The position numbers and the translations under genes are program-made. Positions 33,626-39,624 of a stretch of DNA of 39,624 nucleotides are shown piece after piece (positions within the stretch are counted from its first letter, which is position 1; each line of letters starts with the position of its first letter). The notes under the pieces were generated by a model. That model was not told the origin of the DNA and made no database searches. It saw only the letters and a list, made by a program, of their open reading frames with translations. Source of the stretch: Azolla caroliniana (Eukaryota > Plantae > Polypodiophyta). The stretch covers positions 1 through 39,624 of the forward strand of contig JBHGNT010000283.1 in NCBI GenBank assembly GCA_043228905.1, written 5' to 3'.

Positions 33626-34933
33626 ACAGCTTTACCAGACTTATTATTTGATTGAATGGTTATGGCTTATTGTAAATTTTGAACAATATGAATTGTTAAA
33701 TTTTGACGTGATATATAAGTTGAGCTTACTTATAATTTTCGTGTAACAATCATTGAACTTAGAAATTAAGTATACTTGTATGTGTACATGTTATCTAAAC
33801 TCTCCTTTATCATTTGGGGTATATCGGAGATAAGTTTATACTCTATCATTTACTTGTATGATTGGAATGTTATTGTAGACTAGTTTATTTATACATTGAC
33901 AGTGTCATGTATCACGTGTCAATGGAAATTTTCTCTTGACATAGTAGTATCTCTTAATTGCAAGGTTCACAATTTGCTTTAAGATGTATTATATTTAAAT
34001 ATACACACATAATTAGAAGAAGTCACTTATTCAATGGGGCATGCTTTTTAGAATATGCACAAGGACCCGTGTTACTATTATACTTGTGTTGACAAATACA
34101 CCCCTGTCTAAGATTTGGAAAAAAACATGGTAGATAGAATATACGTCGGATGATTTTGTTGACGTGATATTAGTTAGTTCTTTTTTTTGCTATGTTTTCA
34201 TAAACCACATACACATGCGTCGTGCCTTGTTGAAATTTTGCTTAAATAAGGCATTTTTTAACATCTCACTAAGATATGAAAAAGAGAATGTGACATATTA
34301 CCTGTTTCAAATGACCTAGTGTTAGTAGTATACAGAGAGGGAGTCGTGGAGGTGGGACTTGGAGTTGAATTTCGACTCACTAGTGGTAAGGCCAAGGGGG
34401 TGGGAGTTATGAGGAGGAATTAGAATTAGAATTTTTATCGTCCATAAAGAGGCCAATTTTGACATATGGGACCAAAGTATACATGTGTTCTTGATATATG
34501 TCTCCTTCCTAAGAAGGGGTATTCATACGTTGAAGCACAAAGTCTCTATGTGTTAGTAAAGCATACGTATATGGGCTCAACCTTCTAGGTGGTGTCTTAA
34601 GTATGGCACTTAAGTTATCACTCCCTCTTAGTATGTCAGCATATCTTGAACGAAGAGTAGGAGGAAGTGGTACTTGTGTTTTTTGGGTTTCTTCAACTTT
34701 TTTATCCCAAACTGGCTCCCCAACCGCTTCACAAACCAGTTTAGGGATCGGTTTGGTTTAGGTTTGAGAACCCCAAAACGGTTTAGGCTTACCCAGTTTG
34801 GCTTGGATAAGGCCAAACCGGTTAAGCCTAAACCAAACCGTTGCCGATTCCTAGTTTTAGCCTATAAAAGGACTATCTAGACTTAGTATTGTAAAATCCA
34901 TTCATAATCTCCAGGTTCTTTGGGCTAATTACT

Positions 34934-35526
34934 TGTTAATCTTGGGCATAATTGAATGTTCCAATTGCTACTACATTCAACTTTGGGATCCCTTTAAGTC
35001 TAGGATACCTTTGACTTTGACCTACCTTCGACTTTAGGCTACCTTCAACTCTGGCCTACCTTCGACTCTCACTATTAAGGGCATGACCATAAATTATCCC
35101 ATGGTTAGTTTGTACCACAATATTCTATACACATGGATAAAGTGTGAGGGTTAACCGAGATTGTAAAGATGGGAAGATTACTTTTAATCCAAGAAATTGA
35201 GATAATCCATAAGGGCCAAGTGTGAACTTACCCGGGGGCCTTAGGTCTTGCTATAAATATGAGGCCTTGCTACCCTCATTTAACACATTATCGACTACGT
35301 CGAGACTCTGATCTTGTGGTGATGAAACTCTTGTAGCGAGCGCTCCAATACCAAGTACGACTCGATGCCATGACAGTGGTATGAGATGCCGATCGAGGCT
35401 CAAGTTCGTCTCGATCCCTTCACTTGGGGGTGGTCGGGTGGATTGACACCCTTCTTTCTCTTTCTTCTCTATATACCTATTTTATATTTCCTTATCTTTT
35501 GCTTACATTAGGATTAAGCTCTAACA
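34934..35526 (+). mobile_element. LTR of a further retrotransposon (5' LTR; partner not seen in window)
   Basis: TGTTA...TAACA termini, CTATAAAT box near 35250, short internal ACCTTCGACTTT repeats, immediately followed by a Met PBS. Left boundary is inferred from the terminal motif only. Confidence 0.6.
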
Positions 35527-35528
35527 GT

Positions 35529-35540
35529 TGGTATCCGAGC
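35529..35540 (+). promoter_or_regulatory. Primer binding site for initiator tRNA-Met
   Basis: TGGTATCCGAGC (11/12 to TGGTATCAGAGC), 2 nt after ...CTAACA. Confidence 0.7.
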
Positions 35541-36492
35541 GTCCTTTTTCTAATGTTTCTTTTGTTGTGATTTGTTTTGGATGGTGATCGATTGACATTT
35601 GTACAAGCTTGATCCAAAAATGCATCAACACGTTCACATTCACAAGTGGAAGGATTGCGCATTCCACTTGTAGATTCCTTTTATAATTGTGCAAATTTAT
35701 GCTATCTACAGAAACTTGATACACCAATATCACATGTTCAATTGCATGATTAGAATTTGCAAAATTATTAATATGTAACAGGTCTCAAAATGGAAAACAT
35801 GTGGTTTCCAATACAACTTTAAAGTTGATGATTTGTAGATGCGACTATAGTTAAATTCAAGAATAGCACAATGTCACACTTATTTGACTCAAGTTAAAGT
35901 TTCAAAACAAAGTTTCTATATTTGGGAAATGCTTTTGTGAAAAGGTGAGGTGTTCATGTAACCATACTATAAAAGTGAGTTAGAACTCAAGAGTCTGACT
36001 ATCACTATAATGGTCTATATAGCGTTTGGTATGTAGGTTTAAGGACATTATGAGAGTGTAGATGCCAGGATTGGAAGTGAATCACACTATATATTTGTGA
36101 TTAAGGTCGATGCAATCCAATCCTTAGGTGAATCTTATAGGATTGTGGACCTTATGATAATGTTAGTGAAAAAGTGAGGATATTAAACAATGGATATTTG
36201 TGATTAAAGTTGTGTCAACCACTCTCAATTAGCAATGTTTCTCCAAAATTGAACCAAACACCCACCCATACAAACCCATGAATACCCTTGATATTGTCAA
36301 CGTTTATGTTTAATATCATTGAAATCCAAAGGTTCAACCAGCTATTGTGTGCACTTGAATCCAAAATTAGAGAGAATTGGAAAATTCTAAACCAAAAGTA
36401 TATGTAAATAATATTAAAATACATGATATAAATAAATCTTCATATTAAAGAGTTTAATTCATAAGTTTACATAGTATATTGAATACAATGTT

Positions 36493-39107
36493 TCACATGG
36501 CAATCAAGTTATCTACGTCATTATCCTCATCCTCCTTTTGAGAACTCTCGTCACAGGTATGTGCATTGATTTCTTCACTAGTTAGCCAAGCAACAGTAGG
36601 GTCTTCTATAAGCTCATTATCAAGTCTGGTCAATTAGCTCCCCAAGTTCACCAACTAAGGGAGGAATAGGTTCACGAGAGGCGGGTTGAAACCGTTTGGT
36701 ATCAGTGATGTGCTTTGCACTGACCTCTTCATCTTGGTTTGGGCATTCCCACAAGAATTTTATCCTCGTATTAATAAAGATCACTTGCTCCTCATCCTTC
36801 TCCAATGCAATAGTATTTCAGAAGAGGTTCGTGGTGCACGCAGACATAGTACCTATAATCAAAGTGACGGTTAGCCAACCCTTAAAAAGTCTTTTGATTA
36901 CTTGAGCAACAACAACCCAGTTTGAAGGATACCCGTGCCAGAGAACAAGTCTAAAATCCAATCTCCTTCATTGGAAAACATTTCGATCAAGCGCATCATA
37001 AGTCGTTGAGGTTTTTGGTATGGATTGACAAGTCCCCATTCTGTGGTGGTGACATGTCGCAATTTATGTATAACTGCTTGATACACAAGCAAATTTGAAC
37101 CTCCAACCTCGTTAGAGTGCTGCTTGATCCTTTGTGTCTTTATTTCATCAAAATAACCAACTCTCATGTACTTAATTGTGTTTACGAATGAAAAGACGGT
37201 TCTCTATTCACGTTGGGTTTTATCCTGTCAATCACAAGTGAGTTATCAACACAATTCAATAGATATAAAGAAATAATAAATGTATCATGCAAGCTAATGC
37301 CGACTATTATTAGATAATCCTTACCCAGCAAGGTTCTTGATGCCATGGCAATGAGATCTCAACGCTTGAGCCATAGAGTACCCTTGGTCCATGCTGTGAA
37401 ACGCGACAATTCGCCACAAGGATGTGGTGGTCAACTCCACAAAATCTTTCACCATTTTTTCGAACTGTTTGAACTAAAATAGTTCATCGTCATATGATGA
37501 TCTTGTCATACGAAAGCCATAAGGTATATCGGCAATGAGCAATGTGTAGTCTTTCTTTGGCACTTTTTGGATCATCTCAGCCACATCCCCATAGAGTACA
37601 TTGTAGTACAAGTCTCTAGTTATATCCTTCTTGTGACTGAATTTCTTGAAAGTTTCGTCCTCTTCAACATCGTACGCCTTCACTAAGCGCCGATCCTTTG
37701 CTTTTCTGGCTCTTTCAAGGTGTGCAAGGAAGGGCGTTAGAAAGTCGTGTATATCCTTGACTTCTCATGGTTTCTTGCCACGACAAGGTTTCTAATAGAA
37801 GCAAACAAAAAATATCAATCATTAATACCGAAACATATATAATAATAGAAAGCCAAATCAACAAAAAAATACTAACCCAATCCTGGAATGCAATAAAATA
37901 TTCTGATAACGCCTCATACAAAGACGTCAACTGATAATCTTTAGTCACTTGTTCCCATGACATACATCCAAATTGCTTCATCATAACTTCAGATTGGATC
38001 TTCATATATACCTTATGATTGTAAAATCAATCAGAGGCGTTAGAGCTTTGGATATACCGATAACACTTATAGTTTAATAAATTGATAAGACTTACTTGTT
38101 GAACTCTATGACCATCTCTTCTAAGCTTAATTCCTTGGCCATGACCCTTGACAATATGGAAACAAGGAGTTGCTCAACTTTTGTACCTTACATTGCTCTC
38201 CACAACGACAACTTCATGTCATCAGTTGCTTCTTCAATGGTTAGGTCGATTTTCTTGGTCTTTGTTGATTTTGAATTCCAGTTGGGAGTCCACTTTAGAT
38301 TTCTTTTGCCTTTGTCCCTTGACCTCCTTATTCTCCCACATTGTAAATATTTGATCATGGAGATCCCAAACTTCCCCATCTCTAAATGCTAGTTGAAACC
38401 AAGACTCGTATTTGCGCAGGCCATCTGACTTACATTATCATCCACGACTATGCCAACCTCATGAAGACATTGACGTCTAAGTCTAGGGTGTAGGTTTGGA
38501 CCAAATTTCTGTCTGATGTCTAAATATTCATGATGGAAGAATCGTATACGTTTAATGGATGACATTTTTTGCTTATAGTCGTTATCATTATTATGGTTCC
38601 ATGCCAACAATTTTGCCTCTTCTGTTGTCAAGCCCACATAAATTTTACATTCTGCATACTTGAAGAAAAAGGTAGTAGGATGTTCTCTAGTTGCCTTCGT
38701 GCTTCGGCTGAATGTGACCCACCAATAACAAAGTAACTCTATTGGCCATGCTTCCTAACATCAAATTCTTCAACAGAAGCACATTCATCCAGATAAACTG
38801 TTACTATGAATGGCACCACTATGTTGTGAGGATTAATCTTCATTTTCTTCTTCAAATTTTATATGTGCATTTTGTGCAGCTCCCTTATTTGAAGTGGTCT
38901 TCGTCCTATTTTAACATCTATGGGTGGCCTATGGATGTGAGTGATAGGGAGGTTAAACACTTGACCTTTTCGCACAAGCTTCTTTTGCATGATATCTCTT
39001 CAAATTTTATTTTGTTTAGAAGATAAAACACCATATGCTAGTTCAACTCCTAGTGTAACCCGAGTTTCTTCATCATCGGTTGGAGTTGAAGATTCACACT
39101 CAGACAT
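36493..39107 (-). pseudogene. ParB/Srx-like domain fused to a beta-class N6-adenine/N4-cytosine DNA methyltransferase; 5 predicted exons; disrupted by stops and frameshifts
   Basis: N-terminus LQIRELHKMHI*NLKKKMK...VVPFIVTV...YFVIGGSHSAEARRQL...KIYVGLTTEEAKLLAWNHN. Then LYGDVAEMIQKVPKKDYTLLIADIPYG (motif IV), WIKPN, NPYQKPQRLMMRLIEMFSNEGDWILDLFSGTG|TMSAC...NTIALEKD (motifs X, I, II). Introns at ~38095-38020, 37876-37792, ~37325-37225 and 36932-36853. Confidence 0.82.
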
Positions 39108-39440
39108 TTTAGTGCCCTTCTCTTGGCCGGCCTTGACTGGACAACAACCTTTTTCTATGATGGCGAGGTATCTCTTAAGGTTACTGTTAGGATATGTCCC
39201 TCCTATGGGAGGAGCCGACTGTTCGGTTGACCAAGAGCCGACAATCGAAGACAAGGAGTAGCCGATTGGTCATGCTAAGAGCCGATAGTCGAAGACACGG
39301 AGAGTCGACTGAGAGAGAGTCGAAGTGGAGAATCAAAGAGAGTCAATAGTAGATGATCCAAGTCGAAGACAAGACCGACTGGTTAGGCAGACCGGATGGT
39401 CGACGACAAGGCTGATTAGTTAGGCCGACTGGACAGTCGA

Positions 39441-39600
39441 TCGATACATTGTATCGAGTTGGCATATAAAAAGGGAGACTTTATACACCAACTCGATACA
39501 ATGGAGTTGGCGTCTAAAATGAAAAACTTTAAACCCCAACTCGATACATTGTATCGAGATAGCGTGGAAACTTTCCACACTACCTCGATGCTCTGCACCA
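39441..39600. repeat. Cluster of CTCGATACA-T-TGTATCGAG palindromes upstream of the methyltransferase gene
   Basis: Copies at 39441-39457 and 39540-39558, internally deleted copy 39488-39510, degenerate CTCGATGCTCTGCACC near 39585. Confidence 0.8.
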
Positions 39601-39624
39601 AGTAAGAGGCTGGTGGTTAATGTT

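Larger units (their letters stand above)
28446..34328. mobile_element. Unclassified TIR-bounded element nested in the hAT; carries palindromic arrays and a methyltransferase gene fragment
   Basis: Left end TAAACACCGGGACATTTGAAATAGGTAATATGTCGCATT versus right end (reverse complement) TAACACTAGGTCATTTGAAACAGGTAATATGTCACATT. Exact ends and TSD not resolved. Confidence 0.65.
27999..34853. mobile_element. hAT-family non-autonomous element, enlarged by a nested insertion
   Basis: TIR TAGGGATCGGCAACGG / CCGTTGCCGATTCCTA (15/16). 8-bp TSD ATTTTAGC / GTTTTAGC (7/8). Subterminal sequences match the 7599-9209 element. Confidence 0.88.

Noticed and set aside
36493-39107. Bacterial contamination or a restriction-modification operon
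   Set aside because: The gene has GT-AG introns, one conserved in a paralog, is embedded among plant transposons, and has no adjacent nuclease gene.

Overview
Repeat-rich land-plant nuclear DNA. Spliceosomal introns, TTTAGGG repeats and PLS-class PPR remnants show it is plant; a seed-free plant such as a fern is my guess, not proven. The only apparently intact host gene is a 2-exon GPI-anchored lipid-transfer protein on the minus strand (11510-9509). The rest is nested mobile DNA: two head-to-tail L1-type LINEs ending in (GA)n, a tRNA-derived SINE, two hAT-family elements, and a third LINE split by a young full-length Ty3/gypsy element (16202-25646) and a solo LTR. A TIR-bounded element nested in the second hAT is built from palindromic repeat arrays. 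Two observations stand out. (1) An intron-containing gene fusing a ParB-like domain to a bacterial-type beta-class amino-DNA methyltransferase occurs twice (a near-complete pseudogene at 39107-36493 and a 3' fragment inside the TIR element), each time downstream of CGATRCA-N-TGYATCG palindromes. (2) The gypsy element has no polypurine tract; a copy of a tRNA-Arg 3' end (with CCA) sits in that position, suggesting tRNA priming of both strands. All alignments and translations were done by eye, and boundaries without a TSD are approximate.
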